This document shows, one piece after another, positions 17,812-27,358 of a stretch of 64,000 bases of DNA; position 1 is the stretch's first letter; every line of letters starts with the position of its first letter. The position numbers were made by a program, and so were the translations under genes. The DNA is from Acidobacteriota bacterium (GTDB lineage Bacteria; Acidobacteriota; UBA890; WLXD01), in contig CBDFKD010000002.1 of assembly GCA_965248695.1 (NCBI GenBank), positions 352,001 to 416,000 on the forward strand, given 5' to 3'. The notes beneath the pieces were generated by a model. That model was not told where the DNA came from. It made no database searches and saw only the letters and a program-made list of their open reading frames with translations.

Positions 17812-18562
17812 CGGTTATCCCGCTGAGCGCTTGCCGCGCCGTGCGAGTCACAACGGTCGTCACGACCACGGTGGCCACCAGCCCCAGACCGGCGATAACC
17901 CAGTAGGCAGCGCCGCGCTCCGTGGCGGCTCCGCCGGCAAGCGACGCCACGTCACCCACCACCTTGCCCGTGTACACGTACAGAAGGGTTCCGGGGAGCA
18001 TCCCGAGGCAGGCGAGAACGTAATCACGCGGCCGCACACGCGTCAGACCGAGCGCATAGTTCAGCATGTTGAAGGGAAACACCGGCGACAACCTCAGCAG
18101 GGTGACGATCTTCAACCCCTGGCGACCGACCGCACGATCGATGGCGGCGAACCGGGCGTTGCCCCCGAGTCTTTGTTCGATCGGCTTGCGTGCAACTGTG
18201 CGCGCCAGGAAGAACGCCGCCGTGGCACCAAGCGAGGCGCCGATGAACACGACCAGCAGTCCCTGTGGGATCCCGAAGATGGCGCCGGCGGCCAACGTTA
18301 GAAGCGAGCCGGGAACGAACGCCACGGTGGCGATCGCGTAGCCGAGCATGAAGGCGACCGGGCCCCAGACTCCGAGCCCGTCGACCCATTCGGCAAAGCG
18401 CGGCACCGAACCAGCGAGCTCGCGACCGAACGTCACCAGCAGCCCGATGCCTACGATGCCGAGAGTGAACCGCAACCAGGCCACTCGCGACCGGACGCCG
18501 TGAGCACCCTCCGACGCTTGACTGGGCTGTGGCTCGGAATGCGGCATGATCTGCTCCTGCAT
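17804..18562 (-). CDS. TVP38/TMEM64 (VTT/DedA superfamily) membrane protein
   Basis: FVPGSLLTLAAGAIFG, LLRLSPVFPFNMLNYALG, LPGTLLYVY; start 18562 or 18547. Confidence 0.9.
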   Translation of the reverse strand: MQEQIMPHSEPQPSQASEGAHGVRSRVAWLRFTLGIVGIGLLVTFGRELAGSVPRFAEWVDGLGVWGPVAFMLGYAIATVAFVPGSLLTLAAGAIFGIPQGLLVVFIGASLGATAAFFLARTVARKPIEQRLGGNARFAAIDRAVGRQGLKIVTLLRLSPVFPFNMLNYALGLTRVRPRDYVLACLGMLPGTLLYVYTGKVVGDVASLAGGAATERGAAYWVIAGLGLVATVVVTTVVTRTARQALSGITDA

Positions 18563-18719
18563 GGATGTCCTCGCGTACGGTAGTCGCCGGCCGACGGCGG
18601 CGGAAGGGCGTCCGGGACGATCGCCTTGTCTGGGCTCGTCCTGGTGACTTTGCTGCACCGTAGCACCGAGTTTCTTCCGAAAACCGGCTTGCTGGACGCG
18701 CCATCCTGGCTGGCCCACA

Positions 18720-19370
18720 ATGCGCCTGATGACCATTGACGACTTCGTCTTCGACGGCGCCCCGGGAGTTGCAACGGTGGTACTCGCCCACGGGGCTGGT
18801 GCCGGCATGGACTCGGCATGGATGAACCAGTTCGCCGCCGGCCTTGCGGCACGCGGACTGCGGGTGGCCCGATTCGAGTTTCCCTATATGCAACGCCGAC
18901 GCGAAACCGGAAAGCGCGGCGGGCCAGACCGACCAGCCAAGCTTCTCGCTGCGTGGCGGGAGGCGATCGACGCTCTCGGTGGCGGCGGTGAGTTGGTCAT
19001 CGGCGGCAAGTCCATGGGCGGCCGCATCGCCAGCATGGTGGCCGACACCGCCGGGGCGCGCGGGCTGTTGTGCCTCGGCTACCCGTTCCACCCACCAGGC
19101 CAAGCCGACAAGCTTCGCACCGAGCACCTGGCCGAACTGCGCACCCCCACACTTGTGCTCCAGGGCACGCGCGACCCCTTCGGCACGCCGGCCGAGGTGT
19201 CGCACTACGGCCTGTCGGCGGCGGTCTCGGTGCACTGGCTGGAGGACGGCGACCACTCGTTCAAGCCGCGAGTGAAGTCGGGGCGCACGCTGCCGCAGAA
19301 TCTCGACGAGGCCCTCGACGCCGCGGCCGCGTTCGTGAACTCGCTAGGCAGTGCCGGAAGGTCCGTCTGA
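18720..19370 (+). CDS. Alpha/beta hydrolase (KANL3/Tex30-like)
   Basis: LAHGAGA, GGKSMGGR, GYPFHPPG, QGTRDPFG, GDHSF. Confidence 0.9.
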   Translation: MRLMTIDDFVFDGAPGVATVVLAHGAGAGMDSAWMNQFAAGLAARGLRVARFEFPYMQRRRETGKRGGPDRPAKLLAAWREAIDALGGGGELVIGGKSMGGRIASMVADTAGARGLLCLGYPFHPPGQADKLRTEHLAELRTPTLVLQGTRDPFGTPAEVSHYGLSAAVSVHWLEDGDHSFKPRVKSGRTLPQNLDEALDAAAAFVNSLGSAGRSV

Positions 19371-19407
19371 TCCCGGTCGCTGACAGGCCTCCGCCGAGCC
19401 ACGCCAC

Positions 19408-21981
19408 TCAGTCGGCTTTCTCGAGCTCCGACAAGAGCTGTAACGCGCCGAGCAGATCTGGGACATCCCCCAGCACGGCGCGCATCGGCTCCTGCTTCAT
19501 GCGTCGGAGGCGGGCGGGCACCGTCTTGATCGTGAAGCGATGCATGTCGAGCTTGCCGTTCACTTCCCGCCAGCGCAGCGGCGTCGACACGGTCGCGCCG
19601 CGGAACGGCCGCACGCACAGCGGTGACACCAGCAGCCGGCCGGCGCCGTTCTGCACGGCGTCGATATAGACGCGGCCGCCCCGCGCATGCAGCGAACGGT
19701 TCACCGTAGCGACCTCCGGGTATCGCCTCGAAACGATGAGCGCCAGTAAGTCGGCAAGCATTCGCCCGTGCTCATAGGTGACCTGACGACCCAGCGGTAC
19801 GAGGACGTGCATTCCGGTCTTCCCCGAGGTCTTGGGATAGGCGTTCAGACCGATCTGCCGGCAAAGCTCGTGGATACCGCGAGCCACCTGTACCACGCTG
19901 CCGAACGAGGCCTCTTTGGGGTCGAGATCGAGAATCGCCCAGTCGGGCTTGTCGATGGTCGAGGTCCGACTGGACCATATGTGCAGGGGGATCGCCGCGG
20001 AGTTGGCCATGTAGACGAGACCTTCGAGGCTGTCGACCACGAAGTAGTCGATGTCGCGCTCGCCGGACCCGGAGTGGATCGTCACCGTGCGCACCCAGTC
20101 GGGAGTGAAGTGGGGCGCGTGCTTCTGGAAGAACGACTTGCCAGCGACGCCGTCGGGAAACCGATCGAGCACCAGCGGTCTGTCTTCCAGATAGGGCAAG
20201 AGCCAGTCCGCCACCGCGCGGTAGTAGTCGATCAGATCGCCCTTCGTATAGCCCTCGTCGGGCCAGAACACTTTCTCCGGGCGGGTGATCACAGTCTTGT
20301 CGGCGGTCGACGTCGCGGGCGCGTCCGGCGGACGATCGTCGTCACGGCCGCAGAAGAACTCGGCGTGCGCCAGCGACGTCTGGTCGGTGTCGCAATCCGC
20401 CGGACGCTTGTCGCCGTGGAGGCGCACGAAAACCGGGTGGCGCAGCAGGCCGTCGGGGGTGACCTCCTTGAACCGCACCTCGCAGACGAGCTCAGGCTGC
20501 ACCCACACGGTGTCCTCGGGCTTCGGGATGTTGGCGTGGCGCTGGGTCCCTGACTCCGGTAGCTGAACCGGAGGCGGCGCGGAATCGATACGCAACTCGA
20601 GGAGCTGTCGATGGAGGTCCTTGACCTCGCGCTCGCGCAGGCCGCTACCGACGCGGCCCAGATACACGAGCTCGCCCTGGTGATGTACCGCCACCAGCAA
20701 CGCGCCGAGCGATGTGCGCGACCCCTTGCCGTGAGCGAACCCGACGATCACCAGATCGGCATTGCGATCGGCGCGGATCTTCAACCAGTGATCGGAGCGG
20801 CCGGCACGGTACTTGGCATCGCCGCGTTTCGCCATCAGCCCCTCGAGACCCATTCTTCGTACCTGCTCGAAAAGCTCGGTGCCCTGGCGCTCGATGTGCT
20901 CGGCGTAGCGCACCGGTCCCCGTGGCGGCACCACGCGGCTCAGGATCCCCTTGCGCTCGGACAACGGCAGGCCGCGCAGGTCGTAGCCGTCTAGCTCGAG
21001 GAGATCGAAGACGAAGTACGTCGCCGGGTGTTGCAACATCGCCGTCCGTATCTCTGGTGCACGCGACAGGCGCGCCCGTTTGGTCAACCGGCTGAAGCTC
21101 GGACGACCGTCCTCGGCGAGCACCACCACCTCACCATCGAGCACCAGCGATCGATAGGGTAGCGAGGCAAGGGCGGGCACCAGGTCGGGGTAAATCTCGG
21201 TGGCGTCGCCCCCGTTCCGGTAGCGAAGCAGGGCCTGTCCATCGTCCAGCCCGACAACCATTCGATAGCCGTCGTACTTGAGCTCGAACAGCCATCCGTC
21301 GCGCGAGAACGGTGCGTCCGCAGTTCGCGCAAGCATGAGATCCAGGCTCGAAGCGTTGACCCGATTCCGCGGCACGGCGGCGCCGTCGAGCTCCTGACGA
21401 AGCCCTTCGCCGGGATCGTCACCCTCGCCGAGCTGTTCTACGGTGAGCCCCGAGTACACCGACTCCTCGGGTAACTCGGCGTCGGCACCGCTGCGGGCGA
21501 ACCCGTCCGCCTTCTTGATCAGCAACCATTCCTTGGGATCCCGTTTGGTGCGTACAAGCGTCCAACGGCCCCGGAGTTTGTGGCCATACAGGTCGAACAG
21601 CAGCTTGTTCTCACCGGTCTGGTCGTCCTCGCGCTGCACCCAGCGGCCTCGATCCCAGACGATCATCGCGCCGGCACCGTAGTTGCCCTCCGGGATCACG
21701 TCCTCGAAATCGAGGTACTCCACCGGATGGTCCTCGGTTTGCACCGCCAGCCGCTTGTCGGCGGTATCGAGCGACGGACCGTTCGGCACCGCCCAGCTGC
21801 GCAAGACCCCGCCCACTTCGAGGCGCAAATCGTAGTGGCGGCGGCGCGCCGCATGCAGGTGGATCACGAACTCCCCGGGCCGGTTCTCGCCGCTCGTGAA
21901 CGGCTCCGGGGTGTCCTGCTGGCGCCGCTTGTCCCTGTATTCTGCTAGGCGCGAGTGTGCGTTCTTGTCGTTACCTGGCAT
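19408..21981 (-). CDS. ligD: NHEJ DNA ligase D (phosphoesterase - ligase - polymerase)
   Basis: HAARRRHYDLRLE and SWAVPNGPS (PE); ELKYDGYR, LDGEVV, EGLMAK (LIG); RFPDG, DLDP, KTSGKTGMH (POL). Confidence 0.96.
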   Translation of the reverse strand: MPGNDKNAHSRLAEYRDKRRQQDTPEPFTSGENRPGEFVIHLHAARRRHYDLRLEVGGVLRSWAVPNGPSLDTADKRLAVQTEDHPVEYLDFEDVIPEGNYGAGAMIVWDRGRWVQREDDQTGENKLLFDLYGHKLRGRWTLVRTKRDPKEWLLIKKADGFARSGADAELPEESVYSGLTVEQLGEGDDPGEGLRQELDGAAVPRNRVNASSLDLMLARTADAPFSRDGWLFELKYDGYRMVVGLDDGQALLRYRNGGDATEIYPDLVPALASLPYRSLVLDGEVVVLAEDGRPSFSRLTKRARLSRAPEIRTAMLQHPATYFVFDLLELDGYDLRGLPLSERKGILSRVVPPRGPVRYAEHIERQGTELFEQVRRMGLEGLMAKRGDAKYRAGRSDHWLKIRADRNADLVIVGFAHGKGSRTSLGALLVAVHHQGELVYLGRVGSGLREREVKDLHRQLLELRIDSAPPPVQLPESGTQRHANIPKPEDTVWVQPELVCEVRFKEVTPDGLLRHPVFVRLHGDKRPADCDTDQTSLAHAEFFCGRDDDRPPDAPATSTADKTVITRPEKVFWPDEGYTKGDLIDYYRAVADWLLPYLEDRPLVLDRFPDGVAGKSFFQKHAPHFTPDWVRTVTIHSGSGERDIDYFVVDSLEGLVYMANSAAIPLHIWSSRTSTIDKPDWAILDLDPKEASFGSVVQVARGIHELCRQIGLNAYPKTSGKTGMHVLVPLGRQVTYEHGRMLADLLALIVSRRYPEVATVNRSLHARGGRVYIDAVQNGAGRLLVSPLCVRPFRGATVSTPLRWREVNGKLDMHRFTIKTVPARLRRMKQEPMRAVLGDVPDLLGALQLLSELEKAD

Positions 21982-22007
21982 CGCGTGTCGAATGCTATAG
22001 TACTCGT
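21982..22007. promoter_or_regulatory. Putative bidirectional promoter for ku and ligD
   Basis: 26-bp gap between divergent starts; TGcTATAGT (21993-22001) on + lies 6 nt before the ku ATG; TAGCAT (21997-21992) on -; no SD motif. Confidence 0.5.
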
Positions 22008-22892
22008 ATGGCTGCGCGCGCTATGGCTACAGCAACAATCTCGTTCGGCCTCGTGTCGATTCCGGTAAAGCTGTATTCAAGCACGGTGACCGCCGCCAAG
22101 ATCGGTCTCAACTGGATCAACCCGACGACCGGATCGCGGGTCCGCATGCGCTTCTGGGATCCGACCAGCGACCAACTGGTGGAGCGCGAAGATCTGGTGA
22201 AAGGCTACGAGTTCGCCAAGGGTCAATACGTCACCTTCAGCGACGAAGAGCTCGAAGAGATCATCTTCAAGGCGACGCACGCCATCGAGATCAAGGAGTT
22301 CGTTCCGCTCGAGCAGGTCGACCCGATCCACTACGAGAAGGCGTACTACCTAGGCTCGAACATCGGTGGCGAGCGACCGTACCACTTGCTGGCTCAGGTC
22401 ATGCGGGAGAAGAGCCGTGCCGCCGTGGCCATGTACGCGGCGCGGGGCAAGAACTATCTGGTGCTGTTGCGGCCGTTCAAGGACGGTCTGGTCATGCAGC
22501 AGCTGCGCTACGCAACCGAGATCCGCGCCTACGAAGACATCGAGATCGGTGAGGCCGAGATCGACGACGGCGAGCTGCAGCTTGCCAAGCAGATCGTCGA
22601 TCAAATCTCCAACGACGATTTCCAGCCGGAGCAATACCGCAACACGGCGACCGAGCGACTCGAGAAGATCATTGCGGAGAAGGTCGAAGGCAAGGAGATC
22701 ATGGCGGCTCCAGAGGAGGAACCGGAGGGCCAGATCATCGACCTGATGGAAGCGCTCAAGAGCAGCCTGGCCACCTCCGCCGCCGAAAAGGGGGCCCCGA
22801 CAACCGGTCGCAAAGCAGCCAGGCGGAAAGCCTCGCCACGTAAGAAAGCCACCAAGGCGAAAGCCGCAACGAAGCGGGCAAGAAAGAAATAG
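22008..22892 (+). CDS. ku: NHEJ Ku protein
   Basis: ISFGLVSIPVKLY, LVKGYE, YYL, IIDLMEALKSSL, basic Lys/Arg/Ala C-terminal tail. Confidence 0.96.
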   Translation: MAARAMATATISFGLVSIPVKLYSSTVTAAKIGLNWINPTTGSRVRMRFWDPTSDQLVEREDLVKGYEFAKGQYVTFSDEELEEIIFKATHAIEIKEFVPLEQVDPIHYEKAYYLGSNIGGERPYHLLAQVMREKSRAAVAMYAARGKNYLVLLRPFKDGLVMQQLRYATEIRAYEDIEIGEAEIDDGELQLAKQIVDQISNDDFQPEQYRNTATERLEKIIAEKVEGKEIMAAPEEEPEGQIIDLMEALKSSLATSAAEKGAPTTGRKAARRKASPRKKATKAKAATKRARKK

Positions 22893-22906
22893 CCACCTGC
22901 GAGCCG

Positions 22907-23773
22907 ATAACCCAAAGCGGCTACGGCACCACTGATGTAGCCCGCGTGCTCGACCTCGCGCCGCGCCGGGTGCGAGCGCTGGCGCGTGCCGGTCTGGTGA
23001 ATCCGCGGCGTGGAGTGCGGCACGAGTACCGGTTTTCTTTTACCGACCTCGTGGTTATCCGCACAGCCCGCGATCTGCTGGCCGCCGGGGTGCCCTTCGC
23101 TCGCGTCCGCCGTTCGCTCGCCAACCTCAAGGACCAGCTGCCGGAAGGGCGCTCGCTCACCGGCGTCCGCGTACAGGCTGACGGCAGGCGCGTGACCGTG
23201 CGGCACGACGGCGAGCTCTGGGATCCCGAGTCCAACCAGTCGCTGCTCGACTTCGATGTCGCCGAGCTCGCCCGGCAGGTCGCGCCCCTGGCGCGCGACG
23301 CGGCTGCCCGAGCCGATGGCAGCGAGCCGGCTTTGCTGTCGCGTGACTGGTTCGAGATCGGTTGCGACCTCGAGATGACCTGCCCCGACGAGGCTCGCGA
23401 CGCCTACCGGCAGGCGCTCGAGGCCAACCCCGAGTCGGCCAACGCCCACGTCAATCTGGGTCGCCTGCTGCACGAGTCAGGCGATGTAAGAGCTGCCGAG
23501 CAGCACTATCGCGAGGCCCTGGCGGTGCGTCGCACCGACCTGACGGCATTGTTCAACCTCGGCGTCGCGCTCGAGGATCTGGGGCGGCTCAAGGAGGCGC
23601 GCGCCGCATACCGAGAGACGCTACTGGCTGATCCCGACCACGCGGACGCGCACTTCAACCTCGCCGGTGTTCTCGAGCGCATGGGCCGCAAGCCCGATGC
23701 GCTCAAGCATCTGAAAGCGTACCGGCAGCTAATCGCCCAACGTGGTTGGAACAGCGACGATCTCAGCGTCTGA
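22907..23773 (+). CDS. MerR-like HTH plus tetratricopeptide-repeat protein (start uncertain: ATA 22889/22907 or GTG 22946)
   Basis: YGTTDVARVLDL..RVRALARAGLVNP..YRFSFTDLVVIRTARDL HTH; TPRs AHVNLGRLL, ALFNLGVAL, AHFNLAGVL. Confidence 0.82.
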   Translation: MTQSGYGTTDVARVLDLAPRRVRALARAGLVNPRRGVRHEYRFSFTDLVVIRTARDLLAAGVPFARVRRSLANLKDQLPEGRSLTGVRVQADGRRVTVRHDGELWDPESNQSLLDFDVAELARQVAPLARDAAARADGSEPALLSRDWFEIGCDLEMTCPDEARDAYRQALEANPESANAHVNLGRLLHESGDVRAAEQHYREALAVRRTDLTALFNLGVALEDLGRLKEARAAYRETLLADPDHADAHFNLAGVLERMGRKPDALKHLKAYRQLIAQRGWNSDDLSV

Positions 23774-23812
23774 TCAGCGAGGCGTCCGCGCCGCGCCGTG
23801 CGGCGATCACCG

Positions 23813-26800
23813 CTAGCGCGAGCCCTCTTCGGCCAGGGCACGGAAGTACTCCTCGACCAGACTGCGATACTCCTCCGGTACGCGATCCGAGCCGGCGAGC
23901 TGCGGCCGCACACCAGCCTCGGCCTGGGTGACGCGCCGGAGCCAGAACTCGAACAGCTTCAGGCCGTCGATGACGTCGCTGCTGAGCTCATCGAGCCCCC
24001 GCGTCGTGCCCTGGAACTCTTCCTCGAAGTCACGCATCGCACGTACGACCGCGTCGAGATCTGTCGTTTGCATACCTTCGCCCGCGAGTCGATCCCGCAA
24101 CTCCTCGGCGTCGCCGACTCGCTCGCGAAACTCGCGCGCGAACTGTCGAGCCCCAGGCGGCCCCGAATTCGACCCACCGAGCGCGCCTCCGCGGCGGGCT
24201 CCTTCGCGCGCGGCGATCCCTTCCTGTCGACCTGCGTCACCGGGCTCGCCCTGCTGGCCCGCCTGGCTTTGCCCGCTCTGCTGACCCTGCTCGACCTGCT
24301 GACCCGCCTGACCCTGCTGGTCTTCTTCCACTGAGTCGCGCACTCGGTCCTCGAACGACTCCAGTCGCCGGATCAGATCGCGTGTATCGTCGACCGCGTC
24401 GGCAAGCCGCTCACCGGGGGACTGCTCGACGCTACCTGCCGCCGTGTCGATGAGCCCTTCGAGGCTCGCGAGGTCATCGCTGATCTCCTGCTCGAAGCCG
24501 AGGGCGTATCGCGGATCCCGCTCCTGCACGACGCCTTTCGAGTAGCGGACCTTGTCGGCCAGCTTCTCATCGCGTACCCATTCGGCAGCCTCCTGGAGCG
24601 CGCGCGAAGCGGCCATCTGTTCGCTACGCGACTCCCTGGCCATGTCGTCGAGGTTGCGCTCCAGGCCACGGATCTCGTCCGTCAGGCGATCCTTGCGCTC
24701 CAACAGGTCGTCGACACGCTCCTGCGTGCGCCCGCCCGCCCCACCGAGCGCATCGACTTGCCGCTCGATCGCAGCCTGGTTCTCGCGCATCTCGGCGATG
24801 CGCTGCTGCGCGTCGCGCAGGTCGCGGTTCAGGCGGCCCTCGCGGTTACGGTCGAGGAGGCGACGCGCGTTCTGCAAATCGTTCAGCGCCCGGGCACTCT
24901 CGGATGCGCTCGCGTCGCCGCCGCTCGCTGCCGATCGACGCATGGCGTCGGCGGCTTCGCGCAATCGGTTAGCAGCGTCGGTCAGGTCACGCTGCGAGTT
25001 ACGGCGACCCAACCTTTCGAGCTCGCGCGCGAGCTCCTCGGCCTGCTCGGCGATTTCGCGTTGCTGGGCGCTGCCGCCACCGCCCTGGTTGTTGCTCCGG
25101 GCCCCCTGCGCCCGCTGACGCTCGATCTCCTGCTGCTGGCGCCGGGCGAGCTCGGTAAGCCGCTGCATCGCTTCATCGACCGTGGTGTCGACCTCGTTCT
25201 GGCGTTCGCGGCGTACTGACTCGTACTGGTTGTCGAGCTCGTCCAGCTGACCTTCGAACATCTCCTCGAGCTCGGCCATATCTCCGGCTGAGCCGCCGCC
25301 ACCGCCACCCTGGTTCTGCGAGATCTGCATGTCGAGGAACAACGCCTCGAAGCGCTGGAGATACTGCAGCGCCCGCTGTTCCGGTTGCAGCGCGCCATCG
25401 GCGTCGTGATCCACAAGCTCGCCGGAGGCTTCACCAAGGGCTTTCGAAGCTTCGGCAAGATAGTCGATGCCACGCAGCGATTCCTCGTCGCTCCCGAGCC
25501 CCCCGAACTGCCCCTGCGCCTGCTGTACCTGCGCTCGAAGATCGTCCTCGACGCCAGCAAGGAACTCCAGGTCGTTCCCCTTCTCCTCATCGCTGAGGCT
25601 GTCCGCATCGCGCGCGATCTTGAACGTCGCCGACACCACCTCGCGCTGACGCCGGGCCAGTCCGAGTCCGCCTCCCTGACCGCCGCCTCCGCCGCCTCCT
25701 CCACCGGCGTCGGCCTGCCGGTAACGGCGATCGAACGGCTGAACCTCCATGAAGTACAGGTCCGTGCTCGTCGACTGGGCCTCGCCGGTAACCCGATTGT
25801 CCTCGGCGCGGGCGAAATAGACGATGAAATCTCCGGGCTCGAGCTCCTCGTCCTCCAAATAGAAGGTGTGCGCCGCGGTCAGATCGCGCCGATCACCGGA
25901 GGAGCCTCGCATCAACGGCACGGTCTGCCTTTCGTCACCGTTGATGGAGTAGATCAGATCGACACGTGCCAGCCCGTAGTCGTCCTCCGCCGTTACCTCC
26001 GTGAAGACCTCCTCGATCGACGTCACGCGCACGTCTCGGGCAGGTGTGTCGAAGGCGACCGTGGGCGGCTGATCGTCGAGCGCTTCGATCAGATACTCCG
26101 ACGATGCCTCGTGCACCACACCGCCGAAGTCGCTCAGCTCGACGCGGTAGTAACCCGACCGTTGCACCACGAGCTCGGCGCGCAGTCCGGATTCGCCGGC
26201 CCCCGACGAGGCCACTGCGGGCGGCCCTGTCTCGAGCGGCACGGTCTCGACCAGGACCTCGCCGCCATCGCCGTCGGCGAGCCACTCGATTTTCAGGCTA
26301 CCGGCGGGAACGTCGACCGTAGGCGTGATGCGGAGTCGCGCCCGGGTACCGACGAGCGCAGCGATATCGCCGCCGTCCTCGATGGTTTGAGGTGACAGGC
26401 CACTGTAGTCCGGGAATACGAGCTCGACATCGATGCGCTCCACGTAGGGGACATCGACGACCTCCAGCCGATACACCGCCGACCGCACGCCGCTGGCCTC
26501 GACGAAGTACTCGGCGTCGCCGGCCAGGCGGAACATCATGAACTGATGGGCACCGGTGCTGGCATCTGCCGTCATCGACTGTCTGTCCCACTCGCCATCG
26601 CCGATCCGGAACGAGATCTCGACCTCGTCTGAGTCGAAACCGAACAGCAACGCCGCAACGAGCTGATTGCCACCGCGCGCCACCTGACGATCTCCGGGCG
26701 TTACCTCGATCGTGTACGGCGTCCCCGCTGCGGCTCGCGCAAACGGCGTCAGCAGTCGTCTCGCACCATCAAGCAGGAACGCGGGGTTCATCAACGCTAC

Positions 26801-27358
26801 CGCCACGACGGCCATGGAAGCGGCCCCGAGCACGCCCGACACACGCCGCAGCTCGCTGGTCTCCACGCTCTTGCCGAAGTCGATCTCGGGTCCTCGGTGC
26901 ACTGCCTGCTCGACCAGCTTCTCGACGAACTGCGGAGATACGTTGTCGTTGGGGTGGTGCTGTCCGGGTGATCCGAACTCGACTGCCGACACCAGCGCCG
27001 CGTCAACGTCGCTGTGCTCCTGGACGTACAGTGCAACCTGTTCGTCGGTCAGCCGGCGCCACAGAGGGCGCACCAGAAAACGGTAGAGACCGTAGGCCAG
27101 CACCGAGTACGTCGCACCGCTCAGAGCAATGACCGCCCAGGGCCGGTATCGGAACGCGTCCAATCCCCACGCCGCCAGCACGACCGTGACCAGCGCGGTT
27201 ACAAGGACAACCGCCAGGCCGCGCAGCAATACCCGCAGGCGCCATCGATTCCGCACTCGGCGGATGATGCCGAGCAGTCGCCGATACTCGACCGACTCGA
27301 ACGTCGTCAGCTTGCGAACGACCCGTCGCTCCGTCGGCGTCCTTCCGGTGTCACTCAC
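23813..27358 (-). CDS. Large membrane-anchored beta-sandwich/coiled-coil protein (DUF4175-like)
   Basis: Three N-terminal TM segments, DQPPTV..EDDYGL beta-rich region, long Q/E/R helical region with Gly/Gln linkers, C-terminal VPEEYRSLVEEYFRAL. Confidence 0.82.
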   Translation of the reverse strand: MSDTGRTPTERRVVRKLTTFESVEYRRLLGIIRRVRNRWRLRVLLRGLAVVLVTALVTVVLAAWGLDAFRYRPWAVIALSGATYSVLAYGLYRFLVRPLWRRLTDEQVALYVQEHSDVDAALVSAVEFGSPGQHHPNDNVSPQFVEKLVEQAVHRGPEIDFGKSVETSELRRVSGVLGAASMAVVAVALMNPAFLLDGARRLLTPFARAAAGTPYTIEVTPGDRQVARGGNQLVAALLFGFDSDEVEISFRIGDGEWDRQSMTADASTGAHQFMMFRLAGDAEYFVEASGVRSAVYRLEVVDVPYVERIDVELVFPDYSGLSPQTIEDGGDIAALVGTRARLRITPTVDVPAGSLKIEWLADGDGGEVLVETVPLETGPPAVASSGAGESGLRAELVVQRSGYYRVELSDFGGVVHEASSEYLIEALDDQPPTVAFDTPARDVRVTSIEEVFTEVTAEDDYGLARVDLIYSINGDERQTVPLMRGSSGDRRDLTAAHTFYLEDEELEPGDFIVYFARAEDNRVTGEAQSTSTDLYFMEVQPFDRRYRQADAGGGGGGGGGQGGGLGLARRQREVVSATFKIARDADSLSDEEKGNDLEFLAGVEDDLRAQVQQAQGQFGGLGSDEESLRGIDYLAEASKALGEASGELVDHDADGALQPEQRALQYLQRFEALFLDMQISQNQGGGGGGSAGDMAELEEMFEGQLDELDNQYESVRRERQNEVDTTVDEAMQRLTELARRQQQEIERQRAQGARSNNQGGGGSAQQREIAEQAEELARELERLGRRNSQRDLTDAANRLREAADAMRRSAASGGDASASESARALNDLQNARRLLDRNREGRLNRDLRDAQQRIAEMRENQAAIERQVDALGGAGGRTQERVDDLLERKDRLTDEIRGLERNLDDMARESRSEQMAASRALQEAAEWVRDEKLADKVRYSKGVVQERDPRYALGFEQEISDDLASLEGLIDTAAGSVEQSPGERLADAVDDTRDLIRRLESFEDRVRDSVEEDQQGQAGQQVEQGQQSGQSQAGQQGEPGDAGRQEGIAAREGARRGGALGGSNSGPPGARQFAREFRERVGDAEELRDRLAGEGMQTTDLDAVVRAMRDFEEEFQGTTRGLDELSSDVIDGLKLFEFWLRRVTQAEAGVRPQLAGSDRVPEEYRSLVEEYFRALAEEGSR

